This document shows positions 10,870 to 21,246 of a DNA stretch of 64,000 bases, one piece after another; the first letter of the stretch is position 1, and each line of letters starts with the position of its first letter. This DNA is from Amoebidium appalachense. Its lineage: Eukaryota > Protista > Ichthyosporea. The notes beneath the pieces are model-generated. The model was given only the letters and a program-made list of their open reading frames with translations. It was not told where the DNA came from and made no database searches. The position numbers and the translations under genes were made by a program. The stretch is from positions 12,987,252 to 13,051,251 of the forward strand of contig CAVNZM010000003.1 in NCBI GenBank assembly GCA_963693365.1. The letters are read 5' to 3'.

Positions 10870-11570
10870 TGATGAGTAGCTCACATGGGTCACATGGATA
10901 AAAGGGGTCAACTTTGAAGGGCCATATCTCGGCTCCCAGTGGGCCGTTTTTCTTGAAAAAAAAAACCAGATAAAGCTCACATCGAGCTCTTTTAGAAAAC
11001 GTTGTTTACATGCTTCCGGCATGCCGTCTACGTACTACACAGCAGCGATCGGCGGCGCGCAGGCCGGATTCGCGCATATGGACAGCCTGAAACTGCTGAG
11101 CCACATTCCTGAGTGATAAGCCGTATGGGCCAAAACATGGTCCTTTGATATCTGATCAAACCGAGCCTTGTACAGCCTCTGCAATTATATATAAATAGCA
11201 TATAGAATATATACACTGCATGTACATAGGCTCCTCCATTTAAGATAGCTCATCCAATTGGTTCCAAACCACGTCTCCTGTCACCTCAGGAGCAATTTTT
11301 GCGCACCACCAGAAGAATCGAGTTTGCCCGTCAATGTTGGTGACGTCATATGGTGTTGAATTTGCCAATGCTCACGACCATATCGTACTATGCATTTTAG
11401 TACGTGATATATAGCATACAATATTGCATATAAAATGCTATATATATAATATCGTACAATTATCGTATATCATTATTATATATAATAGCATATAAAATAT
11501 ATACACTGCATGTGTATGTACATACGTATACACTCCTCTATTTACGGTAACTCATCTGATAGGCTCCGGA
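10870..11570. repeat. Diverged copy of the modules that form the 36716-39540 foldback structure
   Basis: Shares gagtagctcac..aactttgaagggccatatctcggctcccagtgggccg and cctgtcacctcaggagca. Confidence 0.9.
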
Positions 11571-11657
11571 TCAATCGTGATTGGGGTGGCACGAAAGGAC
11601 TGGGTTGTCTCCGCCCAGGAGTTTCCTCAAAGTTGACGTGGCTCTGGGCAGATATGA

Positions 11658-11810
11658 AGGTGCACAATCATTGTCGACTGATACCGTTTAGCATGACATC
11701 TATACATAACAATAAACAACCCTATAGAACCCTACAGAGCGTCTAGAGCCATGCTTCGATGTCCGCCAGCATTAGGCCGGTACAGGCAAAGGCTGGGGGG
11801 TACCCAGCCG
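11658..11810 (-). ncRNA. Predicted omega-RNA of copy 2 (guide tcgacaatgattgtgcacct)
   Basis: Same scaffold as copy 1, different flank. Confidence 0.65.
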
Positions 11811-13163
11811 CTGGGAGCAAGAACGTAGAAGGATGTTTCTTGCCCCGTTGATGTCGCGGTCACAGACTGTGCCACAAGCAGCACAGTTGTACACCTTGCT
11901 CCCTCCCAGGTTTGTCTTGATGGCGCCACAATGCCCACACGTCTTGCTTGTGTATTGCTCGCCCACAAACACGACGGTCTTGCCCTTTTCCTCGGCCTTG
12001 TACACAAGGCGTTCCCGGAACTTGCCGTGTGCCCAGCCGGCCATGGCTCTGACGGCCTTGCTTGAGAGCTTTCTTGTGGACTTCATGGTCATCCGTGTGG
12101 TGTCCACCCATGGAAGCACAATCACGTCATATGCATCTGTCAGCCAGCCTGCTGTCTTCCAGTGGGCGTCCATTTGAAGGTTTTGCACGCGGCGGCGCAT
12201 GCGCACAAGTGCCCGCTTCATCCTGCGACGCCGCTTGTGCCCCACTTCTTTGCTGGCAGCCCTGGCTTGCAACGTGTCCATGTGCTTGAGTAGACGGCAA
12301 ATACGGCCTATGTCGCCTCTGCACACATGGACTGCAGTACTGGAGGCAGGGTCGTACACTGTCTGGAAGGTGCGCACACCGGGATCGAGTGAGCATACCC
12401 GTGGAGGAGCTTGGTCGCCAGCAGCACCACGAGGGGCTTGGTTGTCGCCCCTGGGCTTGCTGGTGGTGACTCATAGATACACTCTGCCATCCTGTGTCAA
12501 AACCATGCGACAGTCACCTGTAACTTCAGTCATTGTCAACGGCTCTGCCGCCTTAAGCCGGCCTCCATCCGGACACCTGCGTGGGGTAAACACTACACAC
12601 CCATCGGCTACCTTGAGGAGTGCACGAGGAGCAAGGATCGACTGGTTGCCCCACTTCTTGCTGCGAAAGCGCACCACTATTGGTCGTCCGGGTGCTCTGC
12701 CGGCCGCATATCTGCGCTTTGCTCGCTGTGATTTAACTGCCCACAGGAACTGGTCTACGGCATCCTGGCGTACAAGGCTGGGCACTTCTGTCTTGTACTC
12801 CTCTGTGTGTGGGATGGTGGTGTTGTTGATAAATCGCTTTCGAAACACCGTTCTGTTAGTCTCGCCGGTCTCGGCAAACAACCCCACACACTGATTGAAT
12901 ATTTTGCGAACGACACCAAACGTCTTTCGCAGCCACAACATCTGCGCTTTGGTGGGGTGTAGACGTATGGACCGGCACCGTGTCAGCCCCTCTGCATTGG
13001 CTTTGAGAGATGCCACATCCACCCCCATAGCCTCATAATCCTCCAGCGTCGAAGGCCGTGTCTCCCTGGCCTTCATCTTCTTGGTCACCCGCTTGCTGGC
13101 GGTCGTCTTCAGGCGCTTTGTGTGGTTTGCGGCGTCTCTTTTGGCCAGTTTGGTGCTTTCCAT
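11772..13163 (-). pseudogene. Fanzor2 with nonsense mutation CGA>TGA at 12471-12473 (start codon inferred, MESTKLAKR)
   Basis: RSIRLHPT..LRKTFGVVRKIFN N-terminal motif; copy 1 reads VYLRVT where this copy reads VYL*VT. Confidence 0.88.
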
Positions 13164-13755
13164 ACTTGCGACGTCCGTGATGTTTACAGATGAAATGGGT
13201 GGTGACAGCAATGAGGTCTTCCGCGAGCTCTTCATGGTCGGGGCCGTCACTACCACAGAGAACCACGACCTTGACGCCATATCGCTCAAGGAGCCACCAG
13301 AGAAGGTCGCCGGCGAGTCTGCAGAGTCGGTCTTTGTAGGTAACCACAACCTCTGCGACAGCTCCCTCGCTTGCTCGTTCCAAAAGGGACAACAGGCCTC
13401 GCCTCTTAAAGTTGACACCACTCCCGACATCCGAGATGACCTCGTGACTGGGATACCGTGCACGGATAAAGTCAATCTGTCGCTGGAGGTCCCCTTTCTG
13501 CTTTGCAGAGGAGACCCGTGCATAGGCAATGTGGGCTCTTCGTCTGGGTGTGGTCTCTTCACTCCCCGATAGCTTTGCCACGTCATTCCAGAGGTACAGA
13601 CGGGTGTTTGCCGGGGTCCGAACGGAGCCAATCCTCCTGGTGTCTGCCCACCGTCTGAGAGTGGCAGTGGTGACACCAAGCCGCTCCCTGACGACGCCGG
13701 CTGGGACATACTTTGCGTCCTCGGGTGTGCCCGGGGAGTACCTGTGTCCGCCCAT
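13033..13755 (-). CDS. tnpA: IS607-family serine recombinase TnpA (MerR-like HTH plus SR domain)
   Basis: LGVTTATLRRW, IAYARVSSAKQKGDLQRQ, DVGSGVNFKRRGL, VVVTYKDRLCR, ELAEDL. Confidence 0.95.
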   Translation of the reverse strand: MGGHRYSPGTPEDAKYVPAGVVRERLGVTTATLRRWADTRRIGSVRTPANTRLYLWNDVAKLSGSEETTPRRRAHIAYARVSSAKQKGDLQRQIDFIRARYPSHEVISDVGSGVNFKRRGLLSLLERASEGAVAEVVVTYKDRLCRLAGDLLWWLLERYGVKVVVLCGSDGPDHEELAEDLIAVTTHFICKHHGRRKYGKHQTGQKRRRKPHKAPEDDRQQAGDQEDEGQGDTAFDAGGL

Positions 13756-14141
13756 AGCTGCATCAACCAGCGACTCTTTACATATGCCCCGATTATTTTT
13801 CTGACAACATCCAAAAGTTGCAAAATTGGCCAGTTTCGCTCCGTAGATATGGCCATGTTTATTGTAGTTTGTGTGTGGCTGGCCATGTCAAACCGGTGAC
13901 ATGGACTGCATTTTGTCATGTATGTGGTCGTTGAAAGCTTTTTACACAAATGCACAATTGCAGTGTCCACTGAGAATATATTGTCATTGTTGGTTAGAAA
14001 TGTTATAAATGCCATAAGCTGTGCGCCGGCTGTCGCCGGCGCCAAAACATAACGAGACAGTTATTGATGTTGGGTTGTGTGGTTGTTACCTCCCAGGCCT
14101 CCCCCCCTCCCCCCCCCCCCCCCTCCCCCCCCCCCCCCAGC

Positions 14142-16454
14142 TTAAAAAACCTTGACCAGCACCAGCTTTGAACCTTGTGCATCTACTGGTGTGTGTGTTT
14201 CCATGGCTCTTGCCACTACGTTAGCCTGTGCCCGGGGCACACCGGAGTGTGCAATGGTCTGTAGAGTACCACTTGCGGTGGTGACGAGTTCTTCACCGGG
14301 AAGGCAAGGCCCAGCAACCAGTGCACGTAGCAGGCCTGTGCCGGGAACAGTGGGGCTGGCTGTGGTCTGCACCCCTGCAAACCGTGGGCTGTTGGCTGTG
14401 TCACAGACAGTGCACATCATTGCACCATCTTCTAACTCTAGTGCGGAGCCTACGGGGGGCTGTGCCTGTGTGCTGCTGGCTGCCCTCTGGGCCAGTGACA
14501 TGTCTACCAGCTGTCTGCCCTTTCCGCTCACCTGTTCCGCAAACAGCCGGTCAAGCTCCGCTATGGCCTCTGTCACAAGGGGCAACACGGCCTGTATGAC
14601 TCTGTCTGCATTGGTCTCGCCGGCGGCTGCAAGTGCCTGTGCCCTGGCTTGGATCTCGGCCTGTGGGCGCTCACCGACCTTGTTCGCCATCCACACATAG
14701 ATGGACTTGCCATATTCCACGAGCCAATTGGCTGCGGCAGGTAGAACCACATCCTTCATTGCAGCCATCGCCTGCTCCGCAGCCTCCTTCCCTGCCGCCG
14801 CCGCCGCCTCAAACAATAGTGACTTGAAACTCTTGAATTCTCCTTTGATTATTTTTTCAAAAAACACCTTTGCTGCAGTCTTCAGCACAGCTAGCAGCCC
14901 GGTTTTTGCGCGCGATTCGATCTCCGACGTCAGGGAACGTGCTTGCTCTGGAGTCATGCCACATTTGAGAGCCTGGAATACTGGGGTTTTGCCAAAATCA
15001 GTCTCAGGCACATCTTGCTTCTTCTCCATAGCAAGCGCAAATCTCGCCGCTTCGAGAGCAAGCTTCGTGCCAGTCAACATAACAATTACGGCTGGGTGCC
15101 ATGCAAGGGGTGTAATGGTGTCAACCAAGTTGGCCAGAAACCCCACCAATTTCTCTGTGTCTGTCAGCTTGCGCTGGTAGTTTGCATCTACGTAACCCGC
15201 AGTGGCAAACTCCCCTTTTGAAACTGCGCCGATCTGCTGTTTTGTGGTAATCATTTCTGTGTCAACCCACCCACAATAGGGGATACCCTTTGCATTGGGA
15301 GCCATGGTAAGCAGCACATTTTCCCCCTTGCCAAACCTCACGGATAGACTCTGGTTCACCACAGCCAGATCAGTCATTAAATCACGGGCCTTTGTGGGCC
15401 CATCCAGGAATATGCGACTGCCCCCCACAGTCACATCCCCTGTTGCTTCCATCTTCACATTTGTACCCCCCAGTTCAAGTGTTTGCTCCCCCACAACCTT
15501 TGTGCTGTCCCCCGCGAGCATTGCATCGCCATTTGCCACAATGTTAAGGTCGCTGTCTGTGTGTACCGACAGATCGTCTTGTGCAGCGATGGCCAAATCC
15601 TCGCCCGCTTTGATAGATACTGTCCTCCCTGCTTCCACCACGACGTGTGTGCCTGCCCTGGTCACTGCCTCTCCCTGTGCGGTAAACGTGGTGCCTTTCG
15701 CCGATATTGTGGCACTGTTACCCGCAAGAACACTCATGTTGTGTGCCGCTGCTATGTCAACATCATGCCCGGCCGTGGCCCTTATGTCCTGGCCAGCCTG
15801 TGTACCCGCGTCGGAACCCGCAACCACACACACGTGTCTGCCTGTGTCGATGTGTACATCCTGTCCTCCTCTGGCTGCAATGTCTTCGCTGGCTTGTAGT
15901 GTTATTTTTTTGGCTTCTATATTCGCTGTCTGTGGGGAGAAAACGTCCACCCTATCGGTCGCTGCGATTGCAGCCCGGCTTGTGCCTGCCACAGCCGCGT
16001 GTTTTCCCCGTATCTGCACACCCTCCCCTTGTGACCCAGGGAACACAAGCATTCCACTTCCTCCAGCGCGTCCCCTGAGTGAGCCGTCTCCATCCAGCAC
16101 AAAAACGGGCTGCCCCATTGGATCATAGAGAGTGAGCACACGCGCCGCCAACAGATGGGCCTTCACCATCGGAGCATCGTGCTCATGGTCACGTCCCTGG
16201 CTAGATGGGTCAAACACCACTCTCCAGTATCCCATTTCAGGCTCCCCAGAGACCACGCGCAATGTGACGCTGCCTGTGTGGAACACTGTGCCCGAGGGAA
16301 CAGCCAATAGCAGGTGCCGGTCTGCCTCATCTGGGCTCACAGTTTGCGCCAGAAAGTCAATAGTGGCAGGGGCCTTGGTTATCTGCCAAAGCCCTAAGGG
16401 TCCGATGAGCTTTGTCCACTCACCTGTGTTGATCAAATCTGGAACTGTTGTCAT
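14142..16454 (-). CDS. Putative virion spike/fibre protein with gp5/VgrG-like beta-helix repeats
   Basis: Many 8-residue repeats (AGQDIRAT AGHDVDIA AAHNMSVL AGNSATIS); C-terminal GPCLPGEELVT..VVARAME resembles fibre C-terminal domains. Confidence 0.6.
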   Translation of the reverse strand: MTTVPDLINTGEWTKLIGPLGLWQITKAPATIDFLAQTVSPDEADRHLLLAVPSGTVFHTGSVTLRVVSGEPEMGYWRVVFDPSSQGRDHEHDAPMVKAHLLAARVLTLYDPMGQPVFVLDGDGSLRGRAGGSGMLVFPGSQGEGVQIRGKHAAVAGTSRAAIAATDRVDVFSPQTANIEAKKITLQASEDIAARGGQDVHIDTGRHVCVVAGSDAGTQAGQDIRATAGHDVDIAAAHNMSVLAGNSATISAKGTTFTAQGEAVTRAGTHVVVEAGRTVSIKAGEDLAIAAQDDLSVHTDSDLNIVANGDAMLAGDSTKVVGEQTLELGGTNVKMEATGDVTVGGSRIFLDGPTKARDLMTDLAVVNQSLSVRFGKGENVLLTMAPNAKGIPYCGWVDTEMITTKQQIGAVSKGEFATAGYVDANYQRKLTDTEKLVGFLANLVDTITPLAWHPAVIVMLTGTKLALEAARFALAMEKKQDVPETDFGKTPVFQALKCGMTPEQARSLTSEIESRAKTGLLAVLKTAAKVFFEKIIKGEFKSFKSLLFEAAAAAGKEAAEQAMAAMKDVVLPAAANWLVEYGKSIYVWMANKVGERPQAEIQARAQALAAAGETNADRVIQAVLPLVTEAIAELDRLFAEQVSGKGRQLVDMSLAQRAASSTQAQPPVGSALELEDGAMMCTVCDTANSPRFAGVQTTASPTVPGTGLLRALVAGPCLPGEELVTTASGTLQTIAHSGVPRAQANVVARAMETHTPVDAQGSKLVLVKVF

Positions 16455-16556
16455 GTTTTGTGGTCTTTGATCCCAGAAATATGTTGCTATATCGCACAAG
16501 GATCGAATTTGGCGTGTTCTGTGTGTAGTACACTCCCCCCTCCCCCCCCCATGGAT

Positions 16557-16925
16557 TTATTTTGTTATGAACCACACATACAGCAACACACCGATGATAA
16601 GCCCAAGTAGGCCATATTTGTAAAGTTGGCATGACCTACAAGGAGCAAACAAATTCTCCTCTAATGGGAACAATTCCCTTCTAGGAGAGTTTGGGGGTGT
16701 TGTGATGGTGTTGCTTGTGTCATTTTGTATGGTTACAGTTTTGCGTGCCGGAACAGCTCGTTTTTTAATTGCTCTTGGTGCCTTTGGTGGTGACTTTTCA
16801 GGCACAGACTGTTTCACCCGGGTTTGAACCTGTGTGTTTTTTGAAGATGATCCTGGTGGACTAGCTTCATCTTGTGTATCAATGTTTGTGTCTTCCCTGG
16901 TACCAACGGTCTCTATATCAGACAT
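16557..16925 (-). CDS. Small protein with C-terminal transmembrane helix
   Basis: YGLLGLIIGVLLYVWF. Confidence 0.6.
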   Translation of the reverse strand: MSDIETVGTREDTNIDTQDEASPPGSSSKNTQVQTRVKQSVPEKSPPKAPRAIKKRAVPARKTVTIQNDTSNTITTPPNSPRRELFPLEENLFAPCRSCQLYKYGLLGLIIGVLLYVWFITK

Positions 16926-17053
16926 CTTGTGTCACAGTCTCCTAACATACGACAGGAAAAAAAAATCACCACCACCCATTATCGTGCTAAGTTGTATCAT
17001 TTACCTCCCCCCAGCCCCCCCTTCAAGACAAAAGCAAAAACACATTGTGTAAA

Positions 17054-18004
17054 CTAGTCCTCCATCATTAAGTACAGCTTCAGGTGCCCTAGATCTGAGA
17101 CCTTGTGCTCCACACAGAGTGGTTGTCCCTGTGCCATGTACACAGTCATGTACGGCGACATATTGTATGCTTTACAAAAACCCATAAGGTACTTCAGCAG
17201 AAATGTCCCCGATATTTCTATGTCCAGGTCCATTTCATATTTGTGAAACCAAATCCGGCAGTTACGGTAAGCTGTGCGGTTTTTTCTTGCAGCAGAAGGT
17301 GTCATGACGGCACGAGTGGTTGTGGGGGCCGGTGGGGGGTTTTCCGTGTCCTCATTAATAGTGACGCTGCAGCTCCCAACACTGCCCTTGCCCCGCAAGT
17401 ACAGCCGCCGACCACGAATAGCCACCTGGGCCTCCTCGGCTACGTTGCAGACATCTCGCAGAAATTTAGAAAAATCCTGTGTGTTGACCTGGAAGACCAC
17501 AGGGTACTCTTGCACGCACAGTGAGAATCGCACAGGTGAAAGGTCCAGTAGCTTGAGGGTGTATGCAATGGTGTTGCCCGTGGCCAGGTTGGAGATCTCC
17601 AGGTTGAGCCTATCGCTTTGTGGTGTGTCGATGGACATGGCCAAAAAGTCTGTGTTTGCACCAGTCACATTGCGAAGAGCCTTGTAGAGTGCATGTACGT
17701 TGATGGATGCAGCTGTTGGTGCGGAGCAGTCGTACTCCTCCATGGCCATTGGATCAATGATGAACTCAACAAAACAGCGCTCTGCCTGGTCCACTGCTTG
17801 GATGTGTATACTGGATGTATCGAATGTGATAGTGGTGTCCTCCAAAAGCTCTCGTAGAACCTCCACAACCATTCTCAGAGGCATGATCTGCACAGTTTTC
17901 ATGGCCATGCAGGGTGTCGGTGCCAGGGCGGCGTTGGTTTGATGGGAAGCCATGTTGGAGGGTGTCGTGGTTTTATTTTGCCAATATGCAGGATCTGGCA
18001 TCAT
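17054..18004 (-). CDS. PCNA: Viral PCNA (sliding clamp)
   Basis: KTVQ..EVLRELL..ITFD..IQAVD, EEYDC, GTFLLKYL..FCKA, HKVSDLGHLKLYL. Confidence 0.88.
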   Translation of the reverse strand: MMPDPAYWQNKTTTPSNMASHQTNAALAPTPCMAMKTVQIMPLRMVVEVLRELLEDTTITFDTSSIHIQAVDQAERCFVEFIIDPMAMEEYDCSAPTAASINVHALYKALRNVTGANTDFLAMSIDTPQSDRLNLEISNLATGNTIAYTLKLLDLSPVRFSLCVQEYPVVFQVNTQDFSKFLRDVCNVAEEAQVAIRGRRLYLRGKGSVGSCSVTINEDTENPPPAPTTTRAVMTPSAARKNRTAYRNCRIWFHKYEMDLDIEISGTFLLKYLMGFCKAYNMSPYMTVYMAQGQPLCVEHKVSDLGHLKLYLMMED

Positions 18005-18245
18005 GGAAAGCAGTGTGCCGAATATATACCGTGGGGTGGGTCAAGGCATCACTGGAAAAATTGGGTCTGTCAGGACGTTGGACCTTGCAAGCGAACTAAA
18101 GGGCGTTTTTTTGATTGGTATATTGCTGTGGGTGGTGGGCATCGGCTTTATGGCCGCTAATGAGGATATCCGTTCATCTGTTACATCTGTGTTCAAGGGA
18201 TTCCGCGTATTAGGCGGAAAAGCACAAAAAAGTAGCACACCTTAA
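18003..18245 (+). CDS. Small membrane protein
   Basis: Single hydrophobic segment. Confidence 0.45.
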   Translation: MESSVPNIYRGVGQGITGKIGSVRTLDLASELKGVFLIGILLWVVGIGFMAANEDIRSSVTSVFKGFRVLGGKAQKSSTP

Positions 18246-19275
18246 GGCTCATTTGGACGTTCCAGTGCCTTTGTTTTTCTTGTGTGTGGGCAACACAGCC
18301 GCGGCAGCGCCCCATAGGACGCTGGGAATAGCTGTAAGTTGCAGCGTCCAAAATAGCCACCTGTTTGTGCTTCCCATTCGACAACAGGCGGTGTATGTAG
18401 CAGCAATTGTGTCTGGAGTGTCCAAAGGGACGGTAATCCTGTTTGTGGTCATGTGGTATATGACGTGCTGTAGCTGATGGGGACGCTGCTGGTTTGTGTG
18501 GACATAAATTTTGTGGTTACCCAGCAGCACTACCAATGCGCGGTAGGCCAGGGGGGTAGCAGGCTCCACCAGGAAATATGAATGTTTTGTGCTAGATGTG
18601 CCCGGACAGAGCCCAGTATCCAGCTCGCACAAGCCCTTTCCGCAACGTGGAGGTCCATCAGCAGTGCAAGGTCCTCGAGGACCAGTTGATGAATCAGCTG
18701 GGTTGCAGTGTCTGCTGTTCCAGCTTCTGTGGGGCCAAGCAGGTCGGTGGACCCCGCGGGATGCCCCAGGTGGAGTACAATATCAGCAGCAAGGCCCCAG
18801 CGGCAAGGGAAGCTGGGCATGATTGCATACACAAGCCTTATGAGCAGGGCCACCACTACACAGTGCATGGCCAAAGCAAGCCATTCCCAGCCTGCCATTC
18901 TTGCCAACGTCTGAAACGATTTGACGGGCTTTGGCTTGCGACCACGGTTTTTATTCGCTGTGGTACACCCAAGAGCGCCCAATTTGACGATGAGCAGCGA
19001 GGCAGGTTCCCGGCCTGAGCGCAACTCGTTTGACCTCAACCCATGCCAGTTTCCCGATGTGGACGATCCCTGCTTTCAGCCGCAGATTTGCATGCCTACG
19101 GTGGTCTACCCGGTGGTGATGGGTGCCTTCAAGAACCCCAATCTGCAGCCACGCCCAGAGCCCGCAATTCCACAGCGCCAGCACCCTGGCACTATTGTGG
19201 CCGCACAGACGTCCTCCATTGTTGACCGTGACCCCAGTCGTGGGTTTGGGGTGCGCACCCACTACCGCTATTAAA

Positions 19276-19310
19276 CAGCTTATGGCATTTATAGCATTAC
19301 TAACCAACAA
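19276..19310 (+). mobile_element. Orphan 35-bp left-end tip of the IS607-Fanzor element
   Basis: cagcttatggcatttatagcattactaaccaacaa, one mismatch to the 29167 left end. Confidence 0.8.
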
Positions 19311-19428
19311 CGTGAAATAATAAACAAAAATGCATTGATTTTTTGTCCTGTGTGTATTGCACATGAGCACGCACAGAGTGTACACGTGTATTTTTTTCTG
19401 TTGTGGTAGAGAAATCTCTGGGCATGCA

Positions 19429-20379
19429 ATGGCCCTATGCATCAATGTTACCGGGTTTTGCAAGTTGGCACAAACCAGAGTTTATCCAACAGACCGGTGC
19501 CTGACTGGGTTGGTCCATGGAGGCAACCGTGAGCTGCTGCGGATGCACTTCCCAGGACTACACCAGCAGGTTGTGTACAATGACCTGAAAAACAACTGCT
19601 ATGTGGTGGCAAGGCATGTGACACGCTATATTCGTGACCGTGTGATTGACGAGGGGGCCACACTGCTCCTCAACGATGTGCCTGCAGGCAGGGGTGTGTG
19701 CCAGGCACGGGCCCTGGCATATGGATACACGCGTGAGTGGGCGCTGAGACGCAACGAGTATGAGCAGCTGTTTGAAAGACTGCTGCGCAGTAGGAAGTTT
19801 GTGTTCTTCGAGCCGGGTGAGAGGGAGGACCAGTCATGTGGGAAGCTTGCCGGAGCCCTCCGCTCTCTGCGCTGGATGGCACGGTTTGGAGAGTGGGGAA
19901 ATGAGCGAAGTTTTGCTGCACTGGGCTGTGTGACAGAGGACCCCGAGGCCCTGTTTGATGCCATGGTACGGATGATGGGGGTGAAGGGTGAGCAGGCCGC
20001 ACTGGATCTTTTTGAAAGGGAGCACGGCGCAAAAATAGTTAGCCGACATGCAAGTGTGGACACGAAATTTCTGTGGAGGGTGCGCGGGTGTGCACCGGTC
20101 AAGCTGGTAGGGCAAATTGATGGCGTGAACTGTGCAGCCGAGGATTTGCGTTTGGTGGAGGTCAAGTGCCGCCTGTACGGATTTCTCAGCATGCCACACG
20201 AGAAAGAATTGCTCCAGGTGCATGCATACATGTATGCAACCAAAATGTGGGCGTGTGACTTTGTGCAGTTTTACCAGGGCCAAATCAAAGTCATCAAAGT
20301 TGAGTTTGACAAGGTGTTTTGGGAGAGGGGGGTGCAACGTGGCCGAGAACGGTTGTGGCGGATGTTAGAATGCCCATAG
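19429..20379 (+). CDS. YqaJ/lambda-exonuclease-like PD-(D/E)XK nuclease, divergent
   Basis: GQIDGV..LVEVKCR..ELLQVHAYM..CDFVQ..FDKVFW. Confidence 0.75.
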   Translation: MALCINVTGFCKLAQTRVYPTDRCLTGLVHGGNRELLRMHFPGLHQQVVYNDLKNNCYVVARHVTRYIRDRVIDEGATLLLNDVPAGRGVCQARALAYGYTREWALRRNEYEQLFERLLRSRKFVFFEPGEREDQSCGKLAGALRSLRWMARFGEWGNERSFAALGCVTEDPEALFDAMVRMMGVKGEQAALDLFEREHGAKIVSRHASVDTKFLWRVRGCAPVKLVGQIDGVNCAAEDLRLVEVKCRLYGFLSMPHEKELLQVHAYMYATKMWACDFVQFYQGQIKVIKVEFDKVFWERGVQRGRERLWRMLECP

Positions 20380-20386
20380 GGCCAGC

Positions 20387-21160
20387 CTATGTGGATTCTG
20401 TTTCCGTTCCAAACAGCACCATGGGTGCGTCTGTTTGTATATCACTGAGCTTTTTGAGCGTGGCTGCGAGGATGGTTGCGTCACTGGGCCGTCTGTCTGA
20501 TGGGAGCACCAGTGTAGAGTTGATTTCATTGGCCAATGCAGTCAGTTTGTCTGCTGTGGTCTTGTGTGCAACCCGCAGGCCCCCAAAATCAAAAAATGTG
20601 GAGAGACTTGCCGTAATTGCTGCCATAGCAGATATGTATGTGATGAAATGTTGCAGGGTTTCATTGTTAGTGTTGGCAATGACCGTGCTTGCGGTGCTGA
20701 GCACGATGGTGGGCACACCAAAGAGGTAAAACAACATGCTTTGACGAGTGGCCATGTGCATGTGGCGTTTGGCCTTCCTCTTGCACGAATGCATCCACTC
20801 TTTCAGCAGACCGTCTGTGGTCCGGATGGTCTCCGTTTGTTTGGCCTGCAATGGGGGGTGCTGGACATCCTCGTCTGGTTCAGGTGCTGGTGCGTGGCAC
20901 TGTGCAACACTTGCGCTTCTGCGGCGAAGGCCGCCATCAAATATGGGACCCTCACCCAGGAGGGCAGCTGAGCTGGAAAGTCTGACGGAATCTCCAGCCA
21001 TACTGGTGCGCGAGCTGTGGGCAGTGCGCTCGGTCGGTATCGCAGACATGTCTAGCTTCCAGCTGCTTGGGGTGCGGCTGTTGGTGCTCCCCAGGGTGGG
21101 AGTGGCTTGCTCTTCTGTGCGCAACATGTGGCTGTTTGCACCTACCCAGAAAATGTCCAT
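20387..21160 (-). CDS. SLATT-like two-TM protein
   Basis: W..H..FGVPTIVLST..LSTFFDF..AH..EI..L..RR pattern with two hydrophobic helices. Confidence 0.7.
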   Translation of the reverse strand: MDIFWVGANSHMLRTEEQATPTLGSTNSRTPSSWKLDMSAIPTERTAHSSRTSMAGDSVRLSSSAALLGEGPIFDGGLRRRSASVAQCHAPAPEPDEDVQHPPLQAKQTETIRTTDGLLKEWMHSCKRKAKRHMHMATRQSMLFYLFGVPTIVLSTASTVIANTNNETLQHFITYISAMAAITASLSTFFDFGGLRVAHKTTADKLTALANEINSTLVLPSDRRPSDATILAATLKKLSDIQTDAPMVLFGTETEST

Positions 21161-21246
21161 GGAAGACTGTGGTGATTTGCGTTGTGGTGGGCTTTTGGGG
21201 GAGCTGCGAAAAATTATGTGGGCACGTGTATATGTGTATTGTGGGC

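Larger units (their letters stand above)
11678..14021 (-). mobile_element. Complete IS607-type TnpA + Fanzor2 element, about 2.34 kb, bounded by CAG at both ends
   Basis: Left end CAGcttatggcatttataac defined by copies at 29167 and 19276; right end tatCAG defined by copies at 1136 and 42850. Confidence 0.93.
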
